DNA from: Candidatus Falkowbacteria bacterium HGW-Falkowbacteria-1
GTDB taxonomy: Bacteria > Patescibacteriota > Patescibacteriia > Patescibacteriales > UBA12465
DNA: 64,000 nucleotides
Assembly (NCBI GenBank): GCA_002840305.1
Contig: PHAI01000002.1
Span: 266,707-330,706, forward strand
Reading direction: 5' to 3'
Numbering within the stretch: the first letter of the stretch is position 1; each line of letters starts with the position of its first letter. Under the pieces are notes generated by a model. That model had not been told where the DNA came from. It searched no databases and saw only the letters and a list, made by a program, of their open reading frames with translations. The translations under genes and the position numbers were made by a program. Positions 28,822 to 38,650 of this stretch are shown here, piece after piece.

Positions 28822-29871
28822 TTATATGATAGAACTAACTTTTTTCAATAATTCGTCATTTGAAAAAAGCATTCCAGCTCCTCTAACCATGGCCGTCAAA
28901 GGATCTTCGACCACGACAACTGGTATTTTTGTGGCTTTGGCGATGAGTCTGTCTAGACCATAAAGCAGTGCGCCTCCACCACTCAAGTAAAGTCCATGCT
29001 CATAAATATCAGAAACTAATTCTGGCGGTGTTTCTTCTAATGTTAACTTAATATTATCTACTATCTTTATAATAGTTTTTTTGATTGCTTCTCTTACCTG
29101 AGAATCTGAAATAATTAAAGCAGTCGGCAAACCAGTGGCTAAATCGCGACCTCTTATTTCCATTTCCCTTTCCTCTTCGAAAGGCAAAACAGAGGCTAAA
29201 TTTATTTTTATTTTTTCTGCCAATTGTTCGCCAATCAAGATATTAAAATTATCCCTAATATAATCGGTAATATTGTTGTCTAGCTCGTTCCCAGCAAAGC
29301 GAAGCGACTTCCAAGAAACAACGCCCGCCAAAGAAATTACAGAGATATCAGTCGTCCCTCCCCCAATATCAACAATCATATTAGCTCTGGGGCTGTCGAC
29401 TGGAAGACCAGCCCCCAAGGCGGAAGCCATAACTTCTTCAACTAGATAAACTTTTCTAGCTCCGGCTGATTTAGCAGCATCTTCCACGGCCTTCTTTTCC
29501 ACCTCAGTAATATCTAAAGGTATCCCAATAATAACTCTAGGGCGAGGCATAAAAGAAAAATTTTCACTATGAACCTTGTTGATAAAATGCTTTAACATTT
29601 TCTCAGTTATTTCAAAATCGGATATAACTCCATCAACTAAAGGTTTGATAACCTGAATATGCGCAGGTGTTTTTCCGAGCATCTTTTTAGCTTCATGCCC
29701 AATCTCTAAAATCTCAGTTGTTTTATTATTTATAGCAACAACACTAGGCTCATTTATAATCAAACCTTTATTATTTACAAAAACTAAGGTATTTTTTGTC
29801 CCTAAATCAATAGCAATGTCATATCCCAAGCGACCAAAACCTCTAAAATTTCTAAATATTTTATTTAACAT
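28822..29871 (-). CDS. mreB: Rod shape-determining protein MreB (paralogue 2, in mreBCD)
   Basis: AIDLGTKNT, DIGGGTTD, LSGGGALL. Confidence 0.95.
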   Translation of the reverse strand: MLNKIFRNFRGFGRLGYDIAIDLGTKNTLVFVNNKGLIINEPSVVAINNKTTEILEIGHEAKKMLGKTPAHIQVIKPLVDGVISDFEITEKMLKHFINKVHSENFSFMPRPRVIIGIPLDITEVEKKAVEDAAKSAGARKVYLVEEVMASALGAGLPVDSPRANMIVDIGGGTTDISVISLAGVVSWKSLRFAGNELDNNITDYIRDNFNILIGEQLAEKIKINLASVLPFEEEREMEIRGRDLATGLPTALIISDSQVREAIKKTIIKIVDNIKLTLEETPPELVSDIYEHGLYLSGGGALLYGLDRLIAKATKIPVVVVEDPLTAMVRGAGMLFSNDELLKKVSSII

Positions 29872-31102
29872 ATGATTTTAAGAAATTTAATAAATCGTTT
29901 TTATCAACCATGACTGGTTCTTTTTCTGATCTTTTTTTAATCTCAATTTGATTTAAATTAATATTTTTTTGACTAACAATCAAACGATAAGGACAACCAA
30001 TCAAATCGGCATCATTTAGTTTTTCTCCCAAACTGGAATCTTCGCGATCATCATATAAAACTTCAAAACCAGCAGAAACTAGTTCTTTATAAATCTTTTC
30101 GGCCTCCTCATTTTGCTTAAAGGATACTAAATGGATACTAAAAGGAGCGACAGATTTAGGCCAAATCATACCTTTTTCGTCATTATAAATCTCAACAATT
30201 GTGCCTAAAATTCTACTAGGACCAATACCGTAACAACCCATAATAACATCCTGGGTCTTACCGTCTTTATCCGAATAATTAAAGTTAAACGGTTTAGAAA
30301 ATTTAGTTCCCAACTTGAAAATGTTGCCAACTTCAACTGCTTTTTTTTCCTCCAAATCACTTGAGCCACATTCAGGACAATTTGTTTGCTCTTCTATTAT
30401 TTCTTTATTAATAGCTACTTTACATTTTTTACAGACATAAATCAAATCTTCACCAGCATTAGTCACGGTTTGAAATTCGTGAGAATATTTAGAAAAAGCT
30501 CCTCCAGAGGCATAAGTAATATGAGTAATATCACCCAAACCAAGCCTAGAATATATTTTAAAATAAGCTTCTTTTACTTTTTCATAATAAGAGTCTAAAT
30601 CTTCTTGAGAAACATGAAAAGAATATAGGTCTTTCATCAAAAATTCTCTACCCCTGATAAGTCCAGCTTTAGCTCTTTTTTCATTTCTAAATTTAGTTTG
30701 AATTTGATAAACAGCAAAAGGTAAATTTTTATAAGAAGTACAAAATCTCTGAGCTAGCGGTGTAACAATTTCTTCATGAGTCGCTCCCAATGCATACTCC
30801 TTTTCATCTGAACCAGTTAATTTAAATAAAGCGTCAAAGTTTGCCCAACGATCAGTAGTCTCCCAAACACTCTTGGGAGTAAGAGCCGGCATTAAAACTT
30901 CCTGTCCGCCAACAGCGTTTATTTCCTCTCTGATAATATTATTTATTTTGTTTAAAACCCTAAGGCCTAATGGTAAAAAAGTATAAATTCCAGCACCGAC
31001 TTTATCAATAAAACCAGCCCTAATTAAGGTCTGAGCATTAAAAGAAGTCTCGTCCTTAGGGGTGGTTTTACTTGTTTTTGTAAATAATATGGATTGTTTC
31101 AT
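29861..31102 (-). CDS. proS: Proline--tRNA ligase (short form, no editing domain)
   Basis: THEE, FRNEKRAKAGLIRGREFLMKDLYSF, MGCYGIG; start at MKQS. Confidence 0.95.
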   Translation of the reverse strand: MKQSILFTKTSKTTPKDETSFNAQTLIRAGFIDKVGAGIYTFLPLGLRVLNKINNIIREEINAVGGQEVLMPALTPKSVWETTDRWANFDALFKLTGSDEKEYALGATHEEIVTPLAQRFCTSYKNLPFAVYQIQTKFRNEKRAKAGLIRGREFLMKDLYSFHVSQEDLDSYYEKVKEAYFKIYSRLGLGDITHITYASGGAFSKYSHEFQTVTNAGEDLIYVCKKCKVAINKEIIEEQTNCPECGSSDLEEKKAVEVGNIFKLGTKFSKPFNFNYSDKDGKTQDVIMGCYGIGPSRILGTIVEIYNDEKGMIWPKSVAPFSIHLVSFKQNEEAEKIYKELVSAGFEVLYDDREDSSLGEKLNDADLIGCPYRLIVSQKNINLNQIEIKKRSEKEPVMVDKNDLLNFLKSYVK

Positions 31103-31180
31103 AAATACATCAAAAAACCCAAACAATTCAAAGAATTATGGGTATTATAATAATATACAAAAAATAAGCTTTTGTAAATA

Positions 31181-31759
31181 CTAAGATTTCGACATTTTTT
31201 TAAGTGCTTCTTTGATTCTTGCACCAACATCAGATATTCTAGAATCGACTTGATTCAAAGCATCTCTGGCCTCAGAAATTGAATAACCAAGACTAATTAG
31301 AGCATTGATTTCATCACCACCAAACGACTTGTCAACTGACAAATCATAATCACCCATATTCTTAAGCAATTTATCTTTTAATTCCAAAACCAACCTCTCG
31401 GCCGTTTTTTTACCTATTCCGGATACCTTTACTAATAAAGCCGAATCTCCCCTAACAATTGATTCTTTAATATCGGAAATACTGGCTATAGACAAAACAT
31501 TCATGGCGGATTTCGGACCAACTCCAGAAACCGATAAAAGCATTTCAAAAAGATCTAATTCTTCTATTGATTTAAACCCATACAAATCGGAAGAGTCCTC
31601 TTTGACACTATGATAAGTATAAACCTCAATGTCAGTATTCTTCTTTGAATCATCATAAAAACTATCACCCACATAAACTTTGTAACCGATATTATTTACC
31701 AGCAAAATAACACTGCCTGATAATTTATTTAAAATTTTTCCCTTTAAAAAACTAATCAT
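31181..31759 (-). CDS. ruvA: Holliday junction branch migration protein RuvA
   Basis: MISFLKG, LYGF, VSGVGPKSA, GIGKKTAERL. Confidence 0.96.
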   Translation of the reverse strand: MISFLKGKILNKLSGSVILLVNNIGYKVYVGDSFYDDSKKNTDIEVYTYHSVKEDSSDLYGFKSIEELDLFEMLLSVSGVGPKSAMNVLSIASISDIKESIVRGDSALLVKVSGIGKKTAERLVLELKDKLLKNMGDYDLSVDKSFGGDEINALISLGYSISEARDALNQVDSRISDVGARIKEALKKMSKS

Positions 31760-31764
31760 AATTT

Positions 31765-33000
31765 TTATTTTATTTTTCTTCTTAAAACCGCTAGCTCCGG
31801 TATATTAAATTTACTTTTTACTTCCAAAACAATTTCCTGACCACCACCTCCGCCATGAGCTTCTAGAATTTCATTGCCTGATTTAAAATCAATTATTTTT
31901 TTAACATTAAATTTTATAATACTGTATTCTGGCAAAACTATTTCCACTAAATCGCCAACTTTAATAGTATTGTGCACTTTTATTTTTAAAATATTCGGAT
32001 TTCCGTTCTTCTTAACTGAGATAACTTGTCCACAAAATTCCCAATCAGAAATAAAATGAGAATCTGAGGTGTTTTGTTCGGCTTTATCTTCCAATAAAAA
32101 ACCATTAGTATAGCCCCTGTGAGTTACCTTGTTTAATAATTCTTTATATAAAAAATCTGCTTTTTTGGGATCGTTAATAGCCTTTTTATACATGGCAACG
32201 ATATTGGCCAGATAATAAATGCTCTTGGCTCTGCCTTCTATTTTTAAACTACTTACCCCAGCTTTTATTAAATCACCGACATGTCTAATTAAGCACAAAT
32301 CTTTGGAATTTAATAAATAAGTGCCATGTTCTTCTTCCACCAATTCTAATATATCTTCATGCCCCTTGGCCTTAATAAAAACATCATACTCCCAACGACA
32401 AGGCTGAACACAATCACCTAAATTGGCGCTACGACCCACAAAGTCTTTGGACAAAAAGCAACGTCCGGAATAAGACATGCACATCGCCCCATGAACAAAA
32501 TACTCTAACTCCATCTTCGGACAATGCTTATTAATTTCTTTGATTTCTTTTAGTGTCACTTCTCTGCCTAAGATTATTCTTTTTACTCCTTGTTTCTGCC
32601 AAAATTTAACCGCTTCATAATTAGTGCAATTAGCCTGGGTTGATAAATGAATATCAATTTTTGGACAAAGTCTTTTAATTAAAGAAATTAATCCTGGATC
32701 AGAAACGATTAAGGCGTCTGGTTTAATATTATTCAATTCCTTTAAATAAGGTTTAATCTTTTCTAAATGCTTATTGTGAGCAAAAATATTAACCGTAACA
32801 TAGACTCTTTTTTTATGTTCATGAGTCATCTTTATGGCCTCTTTTAAAGTCTTCAGATTAAAATCGTTAATTCTAACTCTCAAAGAAAAATCTGGAATAC
32901 CCAAATAAACAGCATCAGCGCCATAGGCAATTGCCGTTTTCATCTTTAAAATATTACCAGCCGGAGCTAATAATTCAATTTTTTTTCTATTTTTTACCAT
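31765..33000 (-). CDS. U32 family peptidase-like protein (TrhP/YegQ-like tRNA hydroxylation)
   Basis: ELLAPAG, HLSTQAN, HGAMCMSYSGRC, CVQPCR, LKIEGR. Confidence 0.92.
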   Translation of the reverse strand: MVKNRKKIELLAPAGNILKMKTAIAYGADAVYLGIPDFSLRVRINDFNLKTLKEAIKMTHEHKKRVYVTVNIFAHNKHLEKIKPYLKELNNIKPDALIVSDPGLISLIKRLCPKIDIHLSTQANCTNYEAVKFWQKQGVKRIILGREVTLKEIKEINKHCPKMELEYFVHGAMCMSYSGRCFLSKDFVGRSANLGDCVQPCRWEYDVFIKAKGHEDILELVEEEHGTYLLNSKDLCLIRHVGDLIKAGVSSLKIEGRAKSIYYLANIVAMYKKAINDPKKADFLYKELLNKVTHRGYTNGFLLEDKAEQNTSDSHFISDWEFCGQVISVKKNGNPNILKIKVHNTIKVGDLVEIVLPEYSIIKFNVKKIIDFKSGNEILEAHGGGGGQEIVLEVKSKFNIPELAVLRRKIK

Positions 33001-33103
33001 ATTATACTAATAATATAACACATCTTTTTTGTTTTGTCATTCCCATTTCTACTATATAATTTGCTAAAAAACAAAAACTATTTTATAATACTTAAAAAAT
33101 AAT

Positions 33104-33373
33104 ATGATTGAAGAAAAAAAAGAGAATATAAGAAAAGAAAAAGAATCCAGAGAAATATGGTTATCAGTATCAGAATCAGCCAAAATGGCTGGAGTCGAAA
33201 GTAAGACCATCAGAAGGGCTATAAAAAATAGAAAAATAAAATATAAAGTAAACGGCAATCGATACGCCATCAAAATGGTATCTCTGATAAACTTTGCCAA
33301 AAGTTCTCCAAAATTAAGAAACAAATTTTATAGTTGTGGAATTGGACAATATACAGAAAATCTAAAACTATAA
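33104..33373 (+). CDS. Excisionase-like helix-turn-helix DNA-binding protein
   Basis: WLSVSESAKMAGVESKTIRRAIK. Confidence 0.75.
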   Translation: MIEEKKENIRKEKESREIWLSVSESAKMAGVESKTIRRAIKNRKIKYKVNGNRYAIKMVSLINFAKSSPKLRNKFYSCGIGQYTENLKL

Positions 33374-33417
33374 ATAAAAAATTCAATTTAAAGACAGTTC
33401 TCTCGGAAATAAAAAAA

Positions 33418-33447
33418 AAGAACGAACCAGCAGGCTCGTTCTTTTTT
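33418..33447. terminator. Bidirectional terminator between the HTH gene and hup
   Basis: aagaacgaacc-agca-ggctcgttctt flanked by A and T runs. Confidence 0.7.
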
Positions 33448-33461
33448 AATTCTTTCCTCTA

Positions 33462-33734
33462 TTATATAATAGCGTCTTTAGCAGCTTTTGATACTCTAAA
33501 TTTCACAACTTTCTTAGCTGGAATTTGAATCTGCTCACCTGTGGCAGGATTTCTGCCCATTCTAGCCTTACGATCAATCTTAACTAGTTTACCGAATCCA
33601 GGTAAAACAAATTGACCATCCTTTTTGACTGTTTTATAAGCCAAATCTGTTAACTTGTCCATGAAGCTAACAACATCCTTTTTACTTAAGCCTGTTTGTT
33701 CGGCTAAAGTAGTCATCAATTGAGCCTTTGTCAT
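33462..33734 (-). CDS. hup: DNA-binding protein HU
   Basis: MTKAQL, GFGK, RKARMGRNPATGEQIQIPAKKVVKF. Confidence 0.96.
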   Translation of the reverse strand: MTKAQLMTTLAEQTGLSKKDVVSFMDKLTDLAYKTVKKDGQFVLPGFGKLVKIDRKARMGRNPATGEQIQIPAKKVVKFRVSKAAKDAII

Positions 33735-33953
33735 AATTTTTAATTGGTTTTAAATAATTGAATTAATTAAAATCAATTGTTAAAAATTAATTATATTCTA
33801 ATAACTAATTGGAAAGAATTAATTATTATGCTTATATTATAGCATTTTTAAAAAATAAGGCAACATTAAGTCAATCTATTGATTTTTTAATTTATTTATT
33901 GTAAAATATCTAGAACAAAAACAAATGGAACTTTAAAAAGAAAGGAGCAGAAA

Positions 33954-34604
33954 ATGATAGCAAACAAAGAAATAAAAGGTGGTTTTAAAGGGGATAGATT
34001 TGTTGGTATCTTACCCAAAATAATCCCAGAATCAATATCAAAAAAATTTTGGAAAGTCAGCGATTTAAAAAAGAAAAGCGAGGTGCATTTCCTTCCTAGC
34101 GATTTATCCGGAGAAAGTGATGATATCTTTGTGGTTTGGTTAAATGGACTATCCATAGCTGAACAAATAGAGAAAACGGGAGGAACTATAAATGTCTACA
34201 GTGACGAACCAGAAAAAAAAGATTTTGGTTATAGAGCCAATAGATTTTGGCTTCAAGAAAAAAAAATAATAAGCGAAATAACACACAAAAAAAGTCTGGC
34301 CGGTTATTACTTAGTTAAAATTGGAAGTTCCGACACAAAAGACAACGGCTGGGAGGAACAAAATCGCCTCATTTCCGACAACTCATGGAGAAGAGCCGAA
34401 GCTAATGAAACTGGAGAAATATTACAAACCATATTTTCGATAACCGAACTTCGGTATTTTGAAAAAAAAATGCATATTTCTAAAAAAATAGGTGGAAAAA
34501 TTTTAGCTATCGGTAATTTTCAAAAAAATCGTGGCCTGGAGGTATGGTTTGGAAGCAAATATGCTTTCGAGCACGACACCGACATAATACTAATAAAAGT
34601 ATAA
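33954..34604 (+). CDS. Hypothetical protein
   Basis: 216 aa ORF with AAGGAG SD and an upstream TTGATT-17-TAAAAT promoter (33879-33907). Confidence 0.65.
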   Translation: MIANKEIKGGFKGDRFVGILPKIIPESISKKFWKVSDLKKKSEVHFLPSDLSGESDDIFVVWLNGLSIAEQIEKTGGTINVYSDEPEKKDFGYRANRFWLQEKKIISEITHKKSLAGYYLVKIGSSDTKDNGWEEQNRLISDNSWRRAEANETGEILQTIFSITELRYFEKKMHISKKIGGKILAIGNFQKNRGLEVWFGSKYAFEHDTDIILIKV

Positions 34605-34637
34605 AAAAACACAACAAAAAGAGCAACTGCTCTTTTT

Positions 34638-35690
34638 TTATTGCTCTAATTCACTTTTATACTCTAATTCATAAATATGGAAAATAGTCGTTACCAAGGC
34701 AACAATAAGTGGTCCAATAACTACCCCCCAAAAACCAAAAATTATAACCCCGCCCATTATAGAAAATATTATAAAAATAGGATTCACTTCTGATCGACCT
34801 TTTATAATATAAGCCCTAATTAATTCATCAATGTTGCTCACAACCAACCAACACCAAGCAACAACAAAAACCCCTTGCCAAGGATCTCCCGACAAAACCA
34901 AATAAATAGCCACCGGAATATAAAAAATGGAAGAACCAATATATGGAATTAGAGACAAAAAGGCCATCACAACAAAAACAAATATAAAAGGCCACCCTAT
35001 AATCAAAAATCCAAGAGCCCCAATCAACCCCTGCGCCAAGGCTGTCACAAAGATAGAAATCAGCGTTACGCGCGAAACTTGTTTAAACTTTTTAATTAAT
35101 TCTAAATCATATTTATTCGGAAGTGGCGACCACAAAATCATTTTTTTCATCATTCTGTCACCATCAACAAAAAAGAAAAACATGGTTAAGAGTATTATCA
35201 CTAAAGAAAAAACAAAATTAGTAGTACCTTTTATAAAAACGGTGGCGCCATTCACTAGTAAATCACTGACATTTTTAGTCATATCAATGATTGTTTTCTT
35301 TATCTCCTCACTCCCCACCCCTGAAAGATTGAATCTGTCAAAAACCTGGTTCTGCAAAACGTCAGTTTTAGACAATATTTCGCTGACAGTATTAAACGCT
35401 ACTGGTGCTTTTTTGCCAGTATAAACAATTAAATTTATCACTGGAACTATTACCAAAAGCAACAACAAAAAACACATCAAAAATGAAGCTAGGTATTTTC
35501 TGTTAAAAAGAATACTCTTTAATTTATCATAAGGTCTATAAAAAACAGAAGATAAAACAGCTGCTATTATTATCTCAACCAAAAAAGGTCTAAATAATAT
35601 AAAAACCAAAAATAATGCTAAAAAAATTAAAAAAAACAAAAAAGCTTTATAATTTATTCTATCGCGCTTAGAATTCATAAACTTCTCCAT
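34638..35690 (-). CDS. AI-2E family transporter
   Basis: FFFFVDG, AQGLIG, LSLIPYIGS, GGVIIFGFWGVVIGP. Confidence 0.9.
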   Translation of the reverse strand: MEKFMNSKRDRINYKAFLFFLIFLALFLVFILFRPFLVEIIIAAVLSSVFYRPYDKLKSILFNRKYLASFLMCFLLLLLVIVPVINLIVYTGKKAPVAFNTVSEILSKTDVLQNQVFDRFNLSGVGSEEIKKTIIDMTKNVSDLLVNGATVFIKGTTNFVFSLVIILLTMFFFFVDGDRMMKKMILWSPLPNKYDLELIKKFKQVSRVTLISIFVTALAQGLIGALGFLIIGWPFIFVFVVMAFLSLIPYIGSSIFYIPVAIYLVLSGDPWQGVFVVAWCWLVVSNIDELIRAYIIKGRSEVNPIFIIFSIMGGVIIFGFWGVVIGPLIVALVTTIFHIYELEYKSELEQ

Positions 35691-37032
35691 ATTCTGGTAT
35701 GATAAAATTTGTCTTAATTTTTTTGGAAGCCTCTGTCTTAAGTTTTATATTCGCCTCTTCTTCTCCGTGAACCACAAAAATATACTGTGGTTTAGGACTC
35801 TTTATTTTTTTAAGCCACGACAAAAGAGCATCGTGATCAGCATGTGCAGAATAAGAATTAACTATGGACACTTTGGCTCTAACTGGAATGTTGACATTAT
35901 CAACAACAACAGTTTTGTGACCCGTTAGTAATTTCCTGCCCACAGAACCCTGGACCTGATAAGCGACCAACAAAACATGACTATTTGGATCATCTAAATT
36001 GAATTTTAAATGATACTGAATTCTTCCACCAACACACATTCCCCCGCCAGCTAAAATAATTTTTGGTGGTCTTAAATCATTTATAACTCTTGACTGTTGA
36101 GATGTTAAAGTAAATTCCAAACCTGGAAAATCAAACAAATCATCTCCGGAAACAATTAATTTTGTTGAATCTTTGTCATACAAATATTCATAATTTTTAT
36201 ATATTTCCGTAGCCTTAATAGCCAAGGGACTGTCTAAAAAAATAGGAACGTATGGAATTTTCTTATTCTCCACTAAATCGTTCAACTCATAGAGTATTTC
36301 TTGCACTTTTTCTAAAGCAAAAATAGGTATCATTAAGACCCCCTTCTTCTCTACACATTCAATGATGGCCTGTCTTATTTTCTTTATCCCCTCTTCCCTC
36401 GGCTCATGATTATAACCAGCATAAGTCGATTCTACAAAAACTAAATCAGCCCCATCAGCAAACTCTAAATCTTTTATAATTCTAGCCGGGGAATTACCAA
36501 GGTCACCAGAAAAAACAATCTTCTTCTCCGTTTTGCCTTCCTTTACCCAGATTTCGTAGAAACTAGACCCCAAAATATGACCAGAATTTTTAAGCCTAAC
36601 TCTTATATCGCTAGCCAACCTGAATTCTTCGTGATAAGGCAACTCTTTAAATAGTCTAGAAACAAGCATTACATCATCTTCAGAATAAAAAGGATTTACT
36701 CCGTGACTTAACGCTTCGGAAGAAATAATTTTCGCCGAATCAGCCAGCATTAACATAGTCAAATCCCTGGTAGCAGCTGTGCAATAAATTTTCCCTCTAA
36801 AACCATCCTTGTAAAGCTTTGGGATTCTTCCACAATGGTCAATATGAGCGTGAGACAAAAGAACAAAATCGATTTTACTTGCATCAAAAGCAAAATCATC
36901 AAAGTTTCTGCTAGAAACGAAACTTTCTCCTTGAAACATTCCGCAATCAAGCAAGAATTTTGTTTTTTCTGTTTCTATGAGAATACACGAACCAGTAACC
37001 TCTCGGCAAGCGCCGTGAAAAGATATTTTCAT
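35668..37032 (-). CDS. MBL-fold beta-CASP ribonuclease
   Basis: HAHIDHCG, GHILGS, FSGDLG, ESTY, YSAHAD, VHGE. Confidence 0.93.
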   Translation of the reverse strand: MKISFHGACREVTGSCILIETEKTKFLLDCGMFQGESFVSSRNFDDFAFDASKIDFVLLSHAHIDHCGRIPKLYKDGFRGKIYCTAATRDLTMLMLADSAKIISSEALSHGVNPFYSEDDVMLVSRLFKELPYHEEFRLASDIRVRLKNSGHILGSSFYEIWVKEGKTEKKIVFSGDLGNSPARIIKDLEFADGADLVFVESTYAGYNHEPREEGIKKIRQAIIECVEKKGVLMIPIFALEKVQEILYELNDLVENKKIPYVPIFLDSPLAIKATEIYKNYEYLYDKDSTKLIVSGDDLFDFPGLEFTLTSQQSRVINDLRPPKIILAGGGMCVGGRIQYHLKFNLDDPNSHVLLVAYQVQGSVGRKLLTGHKTVVVDNVNIPVRAKVSIVNSYSAHADHDALLSWLKKIKSPKPQYIFVVHGEEEANIKLKTEASKKIKTNFIIPEYGEVYEF

Positions 37033-37148
37033 AAAGAAATAAGTAAATTATTCTATAAATAATATAACATAAATATCAATAAAAAACTAACCAAACAAAA
37101 AAATTTCAAAAAAAGAAGATGTTTTTATTATCTTCTTTCCGAATATAT

Positions 37149-37709
37149 TTATTTTTGACAACAATTGCCAGAAGAGCAACAATTGCCAGAAGAACCAGAA
37201 GAATAAGTTTCTTTGTCATCCAACAAATCACCCTTCGTCCAATCATCTGCCCAATCTTTTATTTTATGTTTTTTAAATTTGCCATCAACCCTGCTTACAA
37301 TTACTTCGTCCAAACCAGAATTAATAATCATCTTTTTACAAATAAAACAGGGGTAAGCGTCTATAGTCTGAACATCATTATCATCAACGACTTTTTCTGA
37401 ATATAAATACATCGTTCCTCCCAAAAGACTTACACCAGCTCTAGCTGAATTTATAATAGCATTTTGCTCGGCATGAACACTGCGACACATTTCGTATCTT
37501 TGACCAGACGGGATGTTTAATTCTGTTCTCAAACAATTTCCCCTTTCAAAACAATCCTTGGTCTTTCTGGGCGCACCATTATAACCAGTTGATATAATCT
37601 GATCATCTTTTACTATAATTGATCCGTGTCTAGCCCGAAAACAAGTTGATCTCTTGGAAATCTCCTTGGCTATATTCATATAATATTCAATCTTTGAAAT
37701 TCTGCTCAT
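37149..37709 (-). CDS. dCMP deaminase family protein with Cys-rich tail
   Basis: RSTC, TGYNG, HAEQNA, PCFIC. Confidence 0.92.
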   Translation of the reverse strand: MSRISKIEYYMNIAKEISKRSTCFRARHGSIIVKDDQIISTGYNGAPRKTKDCFERGNCLRTELNIPSGQRYEMCRSVHAEQNAIINSARAGVSLLGGTMYLYSEKVVDDNDVQTIDAYPCFICKKMIINSGLDEVIVSRVDGKFKKHKIKDWADDWTKGDLLDDKETYSSGSSGNCCSSGNCCQK

Positions 37710-37722
37710 ACTTTTTTATTTA

Positions 37723-38250
37723 TTATTTAAAATCTATTTTACCCTGTATATATTCTGGCGCACCTTTTTTTCTTTGTCTTGTCGCCTCGCCTCTTTTAGG
37801 TTCTCTCCCCTTGTCAGTCATACCCCTGACGGCTGTTGGCTCTTTTGACATTTGAGAATAACGAACAATATCTCCTCCACCTTTTATTAATTCCTCTGAC
37901 AGTTTAAAATTTATATCGCTCAGATAAGCATACTCATCTTTTGAGTATTCTGGATCGCCACTCTGCCTAAGCTCCTTTGCTCTTTGTAGCATTTCAAGTT
38001 CCCTCAACTTTGAGTCTATCTTTGTTCTATTTTTTTCATAATACTCCTCCATCTTCATTCTCTTCTTAATCTCACCAGCGGCCTTCCTAAAACAAGTCGA
38101 CCAATCTTCTGCATCCAAATCACCCAAATTATTTTTAATAGCAATTTTCACAGAATAAGAAAGTTCATATTTATTTTTTTTAATAAAAGATTCTGCGTCT
38201 TCTATGATTTTTTCAAGTTGTTTGTTATTTATAAAAAAGCCCTTGCTCAT
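37723..38250 (-). CDS. Hypothetical protein
   Basis: 175 aa charged ORF. Confidence 0.55.
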   Translation of the reverse strand: MSKGFFINNKQLEKIIEDAESFIKKNKYELSYSVKIAIKNNLGDLDAEDWSTCFRKAAGEIKKRMKMEEYYEKNRTKIDSKLRELEMLQRAKELRQSGDPEYSKDEYAYLSDINFKLSEELIKGGGDIVRYSQMSKEPTAVRGMTDKGREPKRGEATRQRKKGAPEYIQGKIDFK

Positions 38251-38312
38251 AAAATTAAATTAAATTAAATTTATAATATAATATTAACAACAAACAGAAC
38301 TCTTTTCAACCG

Positions 38313-38341
38313 TTGACAATAAAATGGCTCTATGTTATAGT
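38313..38341 (+). promoter_or_regulatory. Sigma70 promoter of the ncRNA
   Basis: TTGACA-17 nt-TATAGT with TGn. Confidence 0.8.
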
Positions 38342-38349
38342 ACTAAATC

Positions 38350-38514
38350 AGCATCGTTTTAGTTCAAAGAGTGGAGAGCGCTCGTCGGCAGAACGCCGTC
38401 TTAAGCAAAGACCAAAAATCAAGGCCTAACCGCTAAAATTTGCGAAAATTGTGTTGGTTTTTAAGACAAAACCATAGACGGAAATCCCGCTTCGAAACGG
38501 AAAACATGGATGCT
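38350..38514 (+). ncRNA. ssrS: Probable 6S RNA
   Basis: 165-nt non-coding unit folding into a rod: AGCATC/GATGCT, GTTTT/AAAAC, CGTC/GACG, central bubble, GTCTTAA/TTAAGAC, AGACCAA/TTGGTTT; has its own promoter and terminator. Confidence 0.7.
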
Positions 38515-38515
38515 C

Positions 38516-38547
38516 GGGGGAATCTCAAATGATTCCCCCCTTTTTTT
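38516..38547 (+). terminator. Intrinsic terminator of the ncRNA
   Basis: gggggaatc-tcaaat-gattccccc followed by a T run. Confidence 0.85.
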
Positions 38548-38650
38548 AAAAAAACAAGCTTTCTTTTATCCTCCACTTATACTATAATATAAGTAGTATT
38601 GATAAAATATAACAAATTATAAGACACAAATTATCGCTAATTTTAAAAAT

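Noticed and set aside
33104..33373. Excisionase-like HTH as a sign of a prophage or ICE
   Set aside because: No integrase, att repeats or phage genes nearby; it is flanked by housekeeping genes.
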